Shown here one piece after another: positions 11,911 through 24,852 of a stretch of 64,000 nucleotides of DNA. The position numbers were made by a program, and so were the translations under genes. The notes below the pieces were generated by a model. That model worked only from the letters and a program-made list of their open reading frames with translations, made no database searches and was not told the DNA's origin. Origin of the DNA: Sphyrna mokarran (taxonomy: Eukaryota); contig JAGIQG010000006.1 of assembly GCA_024679065.1 (NCBI GenBank), positions 60,512,001 to 60,576,000 of the forward strand, read 5' to 3'. Every line of letters begins with the position of its first letter. The stretch's first letter is position 1.

Positions 11911-12951
11911 CTGCAAAAAACAAGAAGGAAAAGGTGTCAAAATGGTAACCTCAACATAATCAACTCATTCAGGATTACATAATATTTGTTAACAATTTGT
12001 AAGGTTTCTTTTTGCAAATCAAAAGCAGTGGAATAATTAGAATTTGCAAAGCAATTTATAGAGAACTGTGTTACATGAGGCATTTCGAAAGTAACAGGGA
12101 ATATAACAATTCAGAACTTGTAAACGGAAGAGGAAACAGCATTGTTTGGAAGTCAGTGCCTGTACAGACTGCTTCATATATTTAAAACTTGCCTAAACCA
12201 TGCTAACCACAATCATTTCGTCAGGAGCTAGTTTCCTAAGTGAATAATACAAATATTTTTATAAGATCGAAGATTTTGTTGTCTATTTCTAGTCTTGTTG
12301 TTGTTCATCCTTTGTGTACCTGAAACTACCAAATAAGAGTCTGAGGGATACAGAACAAGGGAATGCACAAGAATCCTTTCTATACCAAGGTATTTTGAAA
12401 AAAAATGTTTAAAGAGAATCTCCCATTTATAATAAGGTTTTAGATTACTTTTTTGAATACAGTAAGCTGGTAAAAAGTATTTATATTTAAGACCTTCTCA
12501 AACAAACAATATCCTTTAGTCAAGGCATAATATTTACAAAAATATGAAAGATTACCATTTTGTCTGTAATTTTTTTGTCATTGTATAGTTTATTTTTACT
12601 CTTAAGACAATTATCTAATAAATTGCAGAAAATGGGTTATTCTCTTGTAGGAGTGCTTTTAGTCAGCATTAACAATAAACTATCCTGTATTGTCCACTGA
12701 ACTGCAAAAACAACAGTTAAAATTGTACTTGGCACCTTATAATGATGTAGTAAGAGCCAAGTACCAGGCTTGTGTCAATGAGTGAGTAGCAGTTTTCAAA
12801 GATTGCAAATTTACACATTAAGATATTTTCCTTAATGTACTTTCACACGGTTAGAAATGATCTATAACACAAACACTATCCTTTTGAAATAATTTTACAA
12901 CAGGGACATCAAAAAAGTATATTAACCCAACAAAAATACAGGTGAGCTTAC

Positions 12952-13010
12952 TTTGGCAATCTCCCAGACCATCTGTGTTGCCACGTTCAATGTCTTGCTC
13001 AAATGATGAC
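12952..13010 (-). CDS. SEMA6A: SEMA6A exon 16, SSFEQDIERGNTDGLGDCQ
   Basis: 59 nt; TAG acceptor, GTAAGC donor. Confidence 0.96.
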
Positions 13011-14467
13011 CTACATAAAACAAGGAGGCACATCCAATGGTTACAAACAGTAAAATGATACATATTAGCACACAAAACTGAAATGTGGTGTTCAGTTCAT
13101 GCTTTGGTTGGAATTTTTCATTGTCAGCATGAGGCACCTTCATATCAAAATAATCTGACTCTGAAAGTGCTGGTTAGGTGATCTCAACTGAGGCCAAGGG
13201 AGGAGCAAAATTATTCTCCTGTCTCTAGGCTGGACAGAGCATTGTGGGGAAAGGGCTGAGTGAACCAGGTAAGATCATTATTTGTGACCGAGTCTTAATG
13301 GTGTGCTGCCTCCAAGCTGTAAAGTGGGGTTAGTATGAGTATGCATTGAAACAACACTGCATTGTAGATCTCTACCATATTTCTGATTCATACAACTGTT
13401 AAATAAAGCATGCAGCATTGCTAGCAAAGCACAGCGTGCTAGGATATAAGTTTGTTGAGTACTGGCTTTTCTTCAGGGTAGAATATGCACAAAAAATTCT
13501 ACATCCTAAACACTGCAACTTGCCAAAAGTCCTGCATCTAAATGGAAATATACTAACGTCACATACAACAGGAGAGGTTTTAAAGAACAGGCTTATAGTC
13601 AAGGCCAGAACTAAGGCACGGAAGTAACATTTTCATGGGAAAAAGGATAGAATTGGCTATCATGCTAAAAGCATCAGAGAAATCCTGGCAATTAAATTTG
13701 GTGCATACGTTTAAAATGTTGGTTGCTCATCATTTGCTTTTAGGACGCTAAACAGCCTCTAAGCCTGCAATATTGCAGCAAAGAAATCAATGCTCACTCT
13801 GAACAGGAAGTGCATCACCAACCATACCGCTCAAAGCTTATATGTCAGTGTGGAGTTAGGCTCTTATATGTTAACAGCCTTTTACTCTTGACAACTTAAT
13901 GGTTCTATGTAAATAAATCTCAAAGCCCAATATCATGCCTCATCATTCAAGCACAAAGGAATGGTTCCTGCTCCATTTGTGTTCCCAAAAATAGGCACGA
14001 TCAAACTTCTGGGCTTATATGTTGTACTTGTGCCCTTCTAATATGGGGATTAATAAAAATGTTAATTTATAATAAAAGATTGAAAAACAAGATAAGGAAT
14101 GTTTAGTTACTGCTGTAAGTCACTGGTACAAGATACTATACCATTTGGAACTGTTACATATTAACATATAGAAATTTGCCCTTCATTTGATTGTGTATGC
14201 ATTGTTGGAAAAACTCCCGTGGTCAGTGTTGGATCTGTGTCTGTGGGCTGTCAGTTTGCCAAGCTCCAGATTTCAACTGTGCTCTAAAAAAAACTTGTGT
14301 TCTTACCCACTGGAGGGTGTAAAATCAAGTGGCAAAGTGCCACTATACTTTCAGCAGTGTTATGACCTGGTACTGCAGGATATGTATCACCTACCAGGCT
14401 GTTACAGGTGAAGTATAGGCTGAATACATCTACAGAGGCTGGGAGTATGACACTCAAAACATAAGCT

Positions 14468-15335
14468 TTTTAAAATGTTTTTATGGGACATCACTAGCTA
14501 AACCAGCATTTATTTCCCACTCCTGATTGTCCTAAGTGGTGGTGAGCTTTCTTGAATCACTTCAGTCTATATGATGTAGAAATAGCGGATATCTACAGTA
14601 TCCTTAGGAAGGGAAATCTAGGATTTTGACCAGTGGCAATGAAGAAATGACAATATAATCCCAAGTCAGGGTACTGTCTCGGAGAGGAACTTGCAGGTGA
14701 TGGTATTCCTATGAGTCTGCTGATCTTGTTCTTCTAGATGGTAGAAGTTGCAGATTTGGTAGGGGTTGTCAAAGGAGGCTTGGTGAATTGCTATAGTGCA
14801 TCTTGTAAATTGTACACACTGCTGTCACTGTGCATTGGTGGTGGAGGGAGTGAATGTAGTTAAGTTGGTGGATGGGTTGCCAATCGAGCAAGTTGTTTTG
14901 TCCTGGACAAGTGTTGGGCTTCTTGAATGTGGTTGAATGTTGGAGCTGCACTCAACCACATAAGTACAGAATATTTCATTACGTTCCTGATTGTGCCTTG
15001 CAGATGATGAAGAAACTTTAGGGAATCAGGAGGTTGAATTACTCGCTGTAGGATTCCCAGGCTTTAACCTGCTCTTGTAGCCACAGTATTTATATGGCTA
15101 GTCCAGTTTAGTTTTTGTAATTCCAGGATGATGATGGTGGGAAGGCGGCGGTGGGAAGGGCGGCGGTGGGAAGGGGGGGGGGGTGGTGGAGATGTGGGGA
15201 GAGAGAGAGAGAGAGAGGGGAAGAGGAGGAGGATTCATTGATAGTAATGTCATTGAATTTATAGGAAGATGGCTTGATTCTCTCTTGCTGGAGATTCATT
15301 TCCTGGCATCTGTATGGTGCAAATGTTGCTTGAAA
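14468..15335 (-). mobile_element. LINE (L2/CR1-group) 3' fragment with internal G-rich and (GA)n expansion
   Basis: Shares its 3' tail with the 8745 SINE family; homologous to 41055-41500. Confidence 0.7.
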
Positions 15336-15557
15336 AAAGCACCAACTAATTTTCTATATTAGTGGGTGACATTCTATACTCCAAGAGAAGTCTGGGGACA
15401 TACAACAAACACTTTTACACTATTCATTGCAAAAGGTGAATCCTTGCTAAAAGGACCTTGAGCTTTTGTTTGGTCAGCCTTGCCGTTACTTGATTAACTT
15501 CTCTGGTCAAGGGGTTTCACTCATTCACCTCTTTATTCTTTAAAAGAGATCACTTAC

Positions 15558-15635
15558 TTAGTTGCAGATGTTAGCTGTGCACACAATCCCTCCTTCAACC
15601 AACCACAGTAGGGATCTCGAGAAGCGATACATGCC
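15558..15635 (-). CDS. SEMA6A: SEMA6A exon 15, ACIASRDPYCGWLKEGLCAQLTSATK (PSI domain)
   Basis: 78 nt; CAG acceptor, GTAAGT donor; RDPYCGW motif. Confidence 0.96.
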   Translation of the reverse strand, partial: GMYRFSRSLLWLVEGGIVCTANICN

Positions 15636-15836
15636 CTGGGGAAGAGACAAAAAAAACTTCAAATAAATATTCTGGTCATCATTCATGAAAATCACAGAAG
15701 TAGAAAACCTGCCCCATTTAGCCCAGATAGCCTCATCTTGACATCTGGCTTTCATGTTACTTCAAAATTACTTGCCTGCAATTTGAAAAACAAACTTTCA
15801 AAAATGACACGTCCCAGTGGAACATCCTCAACTCAC

Positions 15837-15977
15837 TTTTTGCATTTGCTGTGACGTTCACATCGAGCCAGAGGCACCCTCACAACACAAGTGGAGAATG
15901 CCACAAAGAGAGAGTTGCTGGGCTTATCAAGTTGCATACCGACAATTCTTCTTTCTTCCACGCCATCAATGCTGCAC
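15837..15977 (-). CDS. SEMA6A: SEMA6A exon 14, CSIDGVEERRIVGMQLDKPSNSLFVAFSTCVVRVPLARCERHSKCKK (end of Sema, start of PSI)
   Basis: 141 nt; TAG acceptor, GTGAGT donor. Confidence 0.96.
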
Positions 15978-16521
15978 CTAATACAGAAGGGCAAAATTGA
16001 CATTGGTGGATTTACACACTACACATAGAGATTGTGATTGAGTATGTCAGTTGTCAATCTAACCTTTCACAAAATATCTCTGCCACCATTAAAGCATTGC
16101 TACTTCCAAGTGTTACAAGCATTCATACAGCTACATTTATCTATAGAAGTATTCCAGGCTTTTAAACAAAGTTTGCCATAATTCTCACCTCTTCTCGCTT
16201 GTAAGCACTCAGTGGTTCCATTTCCCTAGGTATTAGCTGCGCTCTTATGTTATATTGTTACATTATTCGTAAAGAGCTACGAACCAATTGTTATGTGATT
16301 ATATATCCTGGGGGGTCACATTCACTGTCGCATTGCAGTCACGTGTCACATATCACTGCATCAACTGATCAGTCCACCAGCAAGAATGGCAAGAAATACA
16401 CTTGATTGAAGCTCCAGCACTTTGAACCTCTTTGATGATTTCAAACTTTTGGGAACAACAAGTCATAACACTCCAATTTGTCAATCTTAGAGACTATGCA
16501 TTCAGTTTCCTGTCAGGTTTC

Positions 16522-18720
16522 ATAGAATCATAAAGCGCAGAAAAGGTCCTTCAGTCCGTCAAGTCCGCACCAACATATTAGAAACACCTGAACTTTAATA
16601 TGCCTTTTCACTTCAGAGATCTGTGGACAAACACGCCAAGGTCTCTTTATTCCACAGAACTTCCTAATGTCTCACCAGTTATTGAATCCTTCCTTGCCAA
16701 ATTACTCCTTCCAAAGTGTATCACTTCACACTTTTCAAGATTAAATTCTATCTGCCACCAATCTGCCCATTTGACCATCCCATCAATATCTCCTTGTAGC
16801 CTAAGATACTTCACCTCACTGTTAACCATCCGGCCAATCTTTGTGACATCTGCAAGCTTACTAATCCTACCCACCACACCCCCCCCCCCCCCCCCCGCTG
16901 CCACATAGTCATCTATGTTGTTTATATAAATAATGAATAATAGGGGACTCAACACAGATCCCTGTGGTACATCACTGGACACTGGCTTCCAGTCTCTAAA
17001 GCAGTCTTCTGTCATCTCCCTCTGTCTCCTACAACTGAGTAAGAAGTCTCACAACACCAGGTTAAGGTCCAACAGTTTTATGTGGCAGCAAAAGCCCCTA
17101 GCTTTTGAAGCACTGCTTATCTGGTGAAGGAGAAGCATTTTGAAAGCTAGTGGCTTTTGCTACAAAATAAACCTGTTGGACTTTAACCTGGTGTTTTGAG
17201 AGTTCTTACGGTGTTTACCCCAGTCCAATGCCGGCATCTCCTCATTATCCTACAACTGAGCCAATTTTGAATCCATTTTATCAAATTACCTGCATCCTAT
17301 TGAATTTACCTTCTTTACAAGTCTTCCATGTGGGACTTTGTCAAAGCCTTTGCTGAAATCCATACAAACTACATTGACTCCACCATCCTCGTCTACACAT
17401 CTCCTCAAAAAAATGCAATCAGATTTGTTAGGCATGATCTTCCTGTGACAAAGCCACGCTGCCTATCCTTGATCAAGTTTTGCCTCTCCAAGTAAAGATA
17501 GATGCTCTTCTTCAGAACTTTCTCTAATAGTTTCTCTACCACTGACATGAGACTCACTGGTCTGTAATTCCTTGGTTTATCTCTACAACCCTTCTTAAAT
17601 AGTGGAATCACATTAGGTATTCTCCAGTTGTCTGGCACTTCTCCTCCATGGCCACCGAGGAATTGAAAATTTTGATTAGAGCCCCTGCAATCACCTTCCT
17701 TGCCTCCCACAGCAGCTTAAGACACAATTCATCTGGATCTGGAGCTTCATCCATTTTTAAGGCTGCCAACACCTCCAAAACCTTATCTTTCCCTGTGTTA
17801 ATTTGCTCAAGAACCTCACAGTCTCTCTCCCTGAATTCTATACCATTGTCCTCATTCTCTTGGGTGAAGATGGGTATGAAACATTCATTCAACATTACTA
17901 ATGTCCTCTGGTTCCATCCACAAATTGCCTCCTTCTTTCCTAATGGGTCCCACTCTTTCTCTGGTTATCCTCTTTCCATTGATATACTTATAGAATATCA
18001 CTACTTTATCAGCCAGAGCTTTCTCATATCTTTTTGCATTCTTTGCAATTGCTTTCTTAAACTCTACCCTGCACTTTCCATATCTCACAAATGCCCCTAA
18101 TGATTTGGTCCCCCTGTACTTTTTAAGTGTCTTTTTTTTCCTTGTAAATGTATCCTGAATATCCCTGATTATCCGTGGTTCTCTGGGCTTGTTATTCCTA
18201 CCTATCACCCTGGAGGGAATATGTTGGACTTGCAGCCTTTTTGAATGCTCCCCATTGCTCTTCTGTAGATTTTCCCATTAGTAGTCGTTCCCAGATTACC
18301 TTGGCCAGATCCCATCTTATTTTATTAAAATCTGCTCTCTCCCAACCTAAAACCTTTTTTGCAGCTTGTCTATTTCCTTGTCTATAACAAGTTTAAATTG
18401 TACTACGTTGTGATCACTACCACTAAAATGTTCCCCCTCTTCCCCTCACCACCTATCTGATTTCATTCCCCAGAATTAGGTCCAGCACAGCTCCTTCCCT
18501 TGTTTGACCCTTCATATATTGATTTAGTAAGTTCTCCTGTACACATTTCAAGAAATCTGCTCATCCAAGCCTTTAACACCATGTATAATTTAATGTTGGA
18601 AAAGTTGAAATTAGCTAATAAAATCACCTATTGTGCTTCACTGTCTATTCAATTGTCAGGAGGTGAAATTACAACTAAGCCTGAGGCTACCATCACCCAA
18701 TTTCCATTTACTTAAGACAT
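16522..18720 (-). mobile_element. CR1 LINE ORF2 (RT) fragment, degenerate
   Basis: ORF pieces NVIPLFKKGCRDKPRNYRPVSL, VPQGSVLSPLLFIIYIN, KWADWWQIEFNLEKCEVIHFG; frameshifted. Confidence 0.92.
17040..17247. mobile_element. Penelope-like palindromic element nested in CR1
   Basis: ~75-bp inverted arms; 13-bp direct repeat TCCTACAACTGAG at 17027-17039 and 17248-17260. Confidence 0.7.
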
Positions 18721-18979
18721 TCCACCAGAAGCAGAACTGTTGGCTCGTTTGTCTTTGCCAAGTCTGAAGTTTACCAAAGTTAACAGTAGTAATCCCAACT
18801 GGGATCAGTTAGCTTAGCATATATCAGTGACTGAACTTGGGATCTTACTAATGTATGTGAGTGAGTACATTACCATGCAGTACACTTACTCGCTCTGTCA
18901 TTATAGAAATTACTGATAAAACTACACAAAATTTCAGTCAATTTGAAGTAACAGTTGGGGATGAGGTGAATTGAGATAT

Positions 18980-19360
18980 ACATAGTAATGTTACTGGATT
19001 TGTAATCCAGAGGTCCAGGCTAGTACTTTGGGGTCATGGGCTCAAGTCCCTCATGGCATTCCTCATGTGGAATTTAAATTCATGAGTTAAATCTGGACTC
19101 AGTAATGATGACCATCAAACAATCTTCAATTATTGTAAAAACCCATCTGGTTCACGAACATCTTTTAGGGAAGGAAATCTGCCATCCTCACCCAGTTTGC
19201 CATGTGACATTTGACTCCAGATCCACACAATGTGGTTGACTCCAAAGTGCTTGGAGAAATGACTGAGCAATTGCCACTCAGTTCAAGAGCAATTAGGGAT
19301 GGGCACAAATGCTGGCCTTGCCAAAGGTGCCCACATTCTATGAAAGATTTTTTAAAAAAT
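18980..19360 (+). mobile_element. tRNA-derived SINE (same family as 8745-9133)
   Basis: aaaacccatctggttcac...ttttagggaaggaaatctgccatcc...ttagggatgggca. Confidence 0.75.
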
Positions 19361-20016
19361 AGTTACAGTAAAATAATGTTTGATGAGCTTTCCTATTTTG
19401 ATTAAAAGAACAAAGCCTTGATTTTAACTCAGAGCACAAGTCCTGCAAGTGGGTGGCAGGATGACTGTCAAGCTGGAGTGGGGTCCGAATCATTCTACCT
19501 CCCAGACCTCATCCCGATCTTGGCTGTAAATCCCCTACATAATGCTGACATAAATCCATCCTTAGCTATCGGGCTGCAATGAGATGACCAGACATTGCTG
19601 GGAATCAATGGAGAATGGTCCCTGGAATTCAGGTACAAGCTATGCGAGTTGGGGAGCATTTGGTTTTGATCAGAGTGGGGTGGGGGTGGGGGGAGGGGGA
19701 GGCAGGCTCCTTCCAGTCCACAAAGAAAATAAACTTTAAATAAAATTAGCTTCCTAGCATGCTCCTGCTTTGTCAGGTTTTGCAGATAAGGCATAACTGC
19801 TTGTTAAAAATTGCTCTGGAGTGCAAGTAACAAAATACTATGGGGGCCTAAAATAGTCCTCAACTGCACTCCCAAAGTGTGCATGTTAAAATAGTGTGGA
19901 ACAACAGTGCAATGCAAACAACATTGCTTAATTTTACCAGCCCTGTTCTTTTAGGCGTGGGTTTTTAAAAAATTTTTTTTGCTTCAATCTCAACTGTAAG
20001 CTTGAGATGGACCTAC

Positions 20017-20190
20017 TTCTCTACATTGTAGATGTCAATCTCCTCCAGGAAGATGCTGTCGTTGATGGACCCCATGTTTGCTTTGGCCAGAAACTTCAAG
20101 ATGATTCCTTTTTCTGACCCTAGAAAGACAACAGTGTAATTCTGGTAGGGACCCGCAGCAGTATCCACAGCAATTCTGGTCAATCGATAC
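20017..20190 (-). CDS. SEMA6A: SEMA6A exon 13, YRLTRIAVDTAAGPYQNYTVVFLGSEKGIILKFLAKANMGSINDSIFLEEIDIYNVEK
   Basis: 174 nt; CAG acceptor, GTAGGT donor. Confidence 0.97.
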
Positions 20191-21146
20191 CTGTTGAAAA
20201 AATAATCAGCTGGTTTCATTTACTTTATTATTACACTGGCCTGCATTTTAAACCTAATTGTACAGGACGTGAAGAAGGAACTAATTTTTAAGAAGCATAT
20301 TGTAGTATTCTTTCAAATTTGGTCTTTTATCATTACACAGCAATAAAATAAAAACATACTAAGGCTAGAATGCAATGGAAAAAGGATAAGCAACAACAAG
20401 TTGAGGATGACGAGACCAAAATGAAGTGGATTTGTTAAGAATATAACAGAGAACTTTTGCTAATGTATAAACTATCAAATTCATCCTTCTAACCAAGTTA
20501 GTTCCCATTTAACAGTAATGTGCAGACTTAAGAAACAGACAAGCTTTCTTTTGTTCACCTACACTGGCAGACCGACAGAACTTAAGAAGAAAGCTTCTCT
20601 TTAAAACATCTGAATACATCTATATCAAGGGCTGCATTGTTCAACCCATGAAATATGATTTTTATAGAACTGCTCTTTCTCTATATATGGGCATAACAGT
20701 GCACTCACTGTTAAACTCTTCCCAGCTGTTCTGCCTTCAACCAAACTCCACAGAAAGTCACGCACTAAACAAACATTTCCCTAGCACCCACACTGCTACC
20801 AATGAACAGTAGCTCACACAAATCAGCTGAAACCAGGATCTGTGCTCACAGCCAGGACAACAGAACCCCCTTAGAAAAAAATTAAAATGAAAACATCAGA
20901 AATGTATCGAAGGTCAAACAGACTCAAAAGGGAAACAGATTAATCGGTGGGAAATATGGATCGGTAGAGCTGTTGTTTGAGCACCATGATTGCTGTTTGA
21001 AGTTTAAAATAGGGTCTGAGGTATGCAAGCAAGTTTTTGGGGTGAGGTATACCAAATGCCAACTTGGTGAGAGTGTTGGTGTGAGTGCAGTAAACAGCCA
21101 CTGTAAGTGGGCAGGGAGAACAAGGAGTCGCAGAGCAGGCAGGTCC

Positions 21147-21342
21147 TGGGAGGGATTCTCCCACCTCCCAGCTGCATACTTCCAGCGATGGAAGGCGGTG
21201 TGCTGTTCGCTAGCAGTGGGATTCTCTGACTCCGCTGCTGTCAATGGGATTTTCCACTGATGCTGCGAAACCCACATATGGGGGTGTGCTGCTGGTGGGA
21301 CCAGAGAATCCTGCTGGAATGAACATCCAGAGAATTCTGGCC
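21147..21342. mobile_element. Harbinger-like MITE
   Basis: Ends GGGAGGGATTCTCC ... GAGAATTCTGGCCC. Confidence 0.65.
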
Positions 21343-21469
21343 CAGATAGCAATCACTGTGGTTTGATGCCAGCACAGATAATTTGGAGCTTATTGTTTCA
21401 ACTAATGCTGAACAAATGATGATACTACTATGGCTTATGAAAGGGATCATCATTATTTAGTTGATTTCT

Positions 21470-21910
21470 TCTGGGTTTTGCTAGAGTTCTACAAGTGTTT
21501 GGTACTTTCTATCTTTGCTTCAAGTTGCAAAAGTCTTCAGGGAGTGATGCGGCAGATATTGAAGGACTTTTTGCTGACTTCAGACATCTGTGCCAACTGG
21601 CTGTTCCCAAACATGGGTACACTACCATGCACTTCCCTTAGAATCAGTATGACTTAATGAGTAGAGACCACGAAAGCTGGTCAAACTGCTGGAAGAGAGA
21701 GAATGAGGAGGAGGAGGAGGAGGAGGAAAAGAAGGGCTCTCAGTAGGAGATCATATTCACCCAGGGTATTCAGCAAACAATTGTCCAACCTGGACTTTGG
21801 TGAGCGACACTATGTGAGAAGCCTGTACTTCCATTAGGACATATTCACTGAAATTGAAACCTGCTGTGTCCATTACTGCAACCACAGAGCTGGGCAAGGA
21901 CAGCAATGCT
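21470..21910 (+). mobile_element. Harbinger transposase (HARBI1-like) N-terminal remnant
   Basis: Translates RRSYSPRVFSKQLSNLDFGERHYVRSLYFH*DIFTEI; homologous to 57080-57400. Confidence 0.6.
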
Positions 21911-22254
21911 CATGGTTTTGAAAGTGACATTGAGAAGGAATTCTTTATGTACCCAGCTCCTTTCAGTCTGGAGTTCTTGGCAATAGCTTGCAGTTTGTCA
22001 TCTACAGTTGTATAACATACATCAGTGACACTATTCATTGAGAGCTTTCTTACTGAAACAGGCAAAGCAAAGAAGTGGTAGTAATCACAAACCCAATTCC
22101 CCATTCACCAACTGTCCCACATGTTATCTTCACTCTCTCACTAACCATCATAGCATCCACTTGGTTATAATGAAATAATAAAAATTACTACAATATAAAT
22201 ATTCCAAATCAAATTTATCAATCAAGCCATGTTCTTTTGCATATAAGCATCAAC

Positions 22255-22565
22255 TAGTCAGTGTTCAGTATTGCTGCCTCACAGCTCCAGGGACCGAGGT
22301 TCAATTCTGGTCTTGGGTAACTATGTAGAGTTTGTACATTCTCCTCATGTTTGTGTGGCTTTCCTCTAGGTGCTCCACAGTTCAAAGAGATGTGCAGCTT
22401 AGGTGGATTGGCTATGTTAAATTGCTCTTTAGCATCCAATGATGTGTTGTTTAAGAGGATTAGTGGGTTAAATATGTGAGGTTACACAGTTGGGGTCTAG
22501 ATGGGATGCTCTGTTGGAGCAGGGTCGAATGGTGTGCTTCTGAGCTATAGGCTATGATTCTATGA
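22255..22565 (+). mobile_element. HE1-like SINE
   Basis: tgctgcctcacagctccagggaccgaggttcaattc head; tatgattctatg tail. Confidence 0.8.
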
Positions 22566-23001
22566 GTGTCTGTTTTCCCTTTATCTATTCTAGTGCTCCT
22601 ATGCAGTGCTTTTCCAGTGGTTGCAAAATGGCTGGTGCTGACTTTCAGTGGACAAGATTGCAGTTGGCAATCTGTGGATTAAAACAACATTACATGGGCA
22701 GCATCAGCTTAGACTGGCTGGCTGATAGTCAACAGCATGGGGAGTGGTTGGAGGATGAATGCAATCAACCTAAAAGAGGGCAGCAAGTTCATGCTTCATG
22801 GAGCCACTGCCGCTGCCCAAAGCAAGCATTTTAGCAATTGTCAGTGATTCCTGGCGTACACTGCCTATTTAATAGAATAGATAAAACAAAAATAATTAAC
22901 TGCAGGCAGGATAAACTCTTTTCAAGCACTGAAGCTAATTCTTAATTTGGGGAATAATGCCAGAACAGCTAAAAGACATTGCAGTACTCTTAAGTTAATA
23001 T

Positions 23002-23704
23002 TGAATATTATTGATGAACAGAGGGATCTTGGTGTATATGTACATAGATCCCTGAAAGTAGGCAGTCAAGTCGATAAGGTTGTTGAGAAGGCACATGGAG
23101 TCTTAGCTTTTATTGGTAGGGGGATTGAATTTCGGAGCCGCAACGTCATGTTGCAACTGTACAAAACTCTAGTGCGGCCGCACTTGGAGTATTGTGTGCA
23201 GTTCTGGTCCCCACATTATAAGAAAGATGTGGAGGCATTGGAGAGGGTACAGAGGAGGTTTACCAGGATGTTGCCTGGTATGGAGGGCAGGTCTTATGAA
23301 GAGAGGCTGAGGGATTTGAGGTTGTTTTCGTTAGAAAGGAGGCGGCTAAGAGGGGACCTTATTGAAACATATAAGATGATTAGAGGTTTAGATAGGGTGG
23401 ACAGTGATAGCCTTTTTCCTAGGATGGAGAAAGCTAGCACGAGGGGACACAGCTTTAAATTAAGGGGTATAAGTTATAGGACGGATATCAGAGGTAGGTT
23501 CTTTACCCAAAGGGTGGTTCGGGAGTGGAATGCCCTGCCTGCAGCAGTTGTAGATGCGCCAAGTTTGGTGGCGTTTAAGAGGTTAGTTGATAAGTATATG
23601 GAAGAGAAGGGAATGGTTTAGTTTGGAGGGGCATTGCTTTTTACATTGGTCGGCGCAACATCGAAGGCCGAAGGGCCTGTTCTGTGCTGTAATGTTCTAT
23701 GTTC
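23002..23704 (+). mobile_element. Young 5'-truncated CR1 LINE (ORF2 C-terminus plus 3' UTR)
   Basis: Uninterrupted frame RDLGVYVHRSLK...LYKTLVRPHLEYCVQFWSP...LFSLERRRLRGDLIETYK...WNALP ending at 23621; (gttctat)n tail; candidate TSD TAATAT. Confidence 0.95.
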
Positions 23705-23724
23705 TAATATGAGCAACCACTGAC

Positions 23725-23880
23725 CTGACCATTGTCCTCAAAAACCATGGCCTATTGTCAATTGAAGGTACTGCTTCATCCAGAAGAGGGTGGGTTTTAA
23801 TGAAGTTGAGCGTATCATCTGGGAATCCGTTGGAGGTCCCAAATCGTTCCAGCAATACTGAACCTGCACAAGATCCAGGC
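23725..23880 (-). CDS. SEMA6A: SEMA6A exon 12, PGSCAGSVLLERFGTSNGFPDDTLNFIKTHPLLDEAVPSIDNRPWFLRTMVR
   Basis: 156 nt; CAG acceptor, GTCAGT donor. Confidence 0.97.
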
Positions 23881-24659
23881 CTGTGGAACAGAACAAAGAT
23901 GAGGATTGTTAGAGAGGGAAAAGGCAGCCAGAAGCAACAGCTTTGCAAAATAGGTGCTTGGTAAACTTCTTGAGGATTACGATGACATTCTAAGATGAGG
24001 TGATAAAGGAAATTAAACAGTGTGTCTTGCCCATTAAACTATTCGTGCACTTCCTTTGGATGTTTTAATTTTTCAATGGGTCTTGAAGACTGCTTTCTTC
24101 TGTTACACTTGGAATCCTACCAACTGCTCAGCTAATTCACACTGTGGCGGCTGTGTTCAAGAAAAAAGCTTCCAACTTCTCATGAACAATTACTAAACTT
24201 CCAATCACAATGTACGCTGTGTTCTTTTAAAATATTTATCTAGGTCATCATTGATACTATTAATTATTTATCAAATAAACTAGATGATTCCCATTGTGAA
24301 CTATAATTGATGAGCCATTTTACATATGAAGCTGAAAATAAAGAGACTGATTGCTTGTCAAATACTGTGGAACAACAGTTCTCATTAATGGAATTTTATC
24401 AATTCTTTGCTCTGTTATCCAACAGCAGGCAATGACCTTTATTAAGTTAAATAGGCTAATGTCACTGCAAGAAACAATCAGAGAAGAATTTTAAGCATGC
24501 GCCAAGCATTTGTATATGCATTCTCCACAATATACTTTTGCAGTCTGATTTAGAGACATAGTTATTTATGGATTGCTATACATTTGTTATACAAGTTAAT
24601 GGATTTTTTTTTGTGTGGTCAAAATACTATTAAAACCCTCAAAATGTTGGTCTAATTCA

Positions 24660-24850
24660 GGCATTGCCTAGTCAATATTTTATCCTTCAATCAAGATTGT
24701 TAAAAAATACATTACCTGGTCATTTATCTCAATATTATTGTGGGATCTTGCTGTGCATAAATTGTCTGCTGCAATCCCTACATTACAGCAGTGGCTTCAT
24801 TGACTGAAAAGCATAAAGGACATTCTGAGACCATGAAAGCCATGATACGA
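24660..24850 (+). mobile_element. SacSINE/DeuSINE-like 3' fragment
   Basis: caatattttatccttcaa...tgtgggatcttgctgtgcataaattg...cctacattacagcagtg. Confidence 0.65.
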
Positions 24851-24852
24851 AT

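Noticed and set aside
15135-15232. G-rich tandem units and (GA)n tract
   Set aside because: Simple-sequence expansion inside a decayed LINE; nothing points to function.
16879-16896. Poly-C run giving poly-Gly/poly-Pro ORFs
   Set aside because: Homopolymer expansion within a CR1 relic.
22947-23621. Longest ORF in the window (224 aa)
   Set aside because: It is the C-terminus of CR1 ORF2 read through from flanking DNA, with a non-ATG start; not a host gene.
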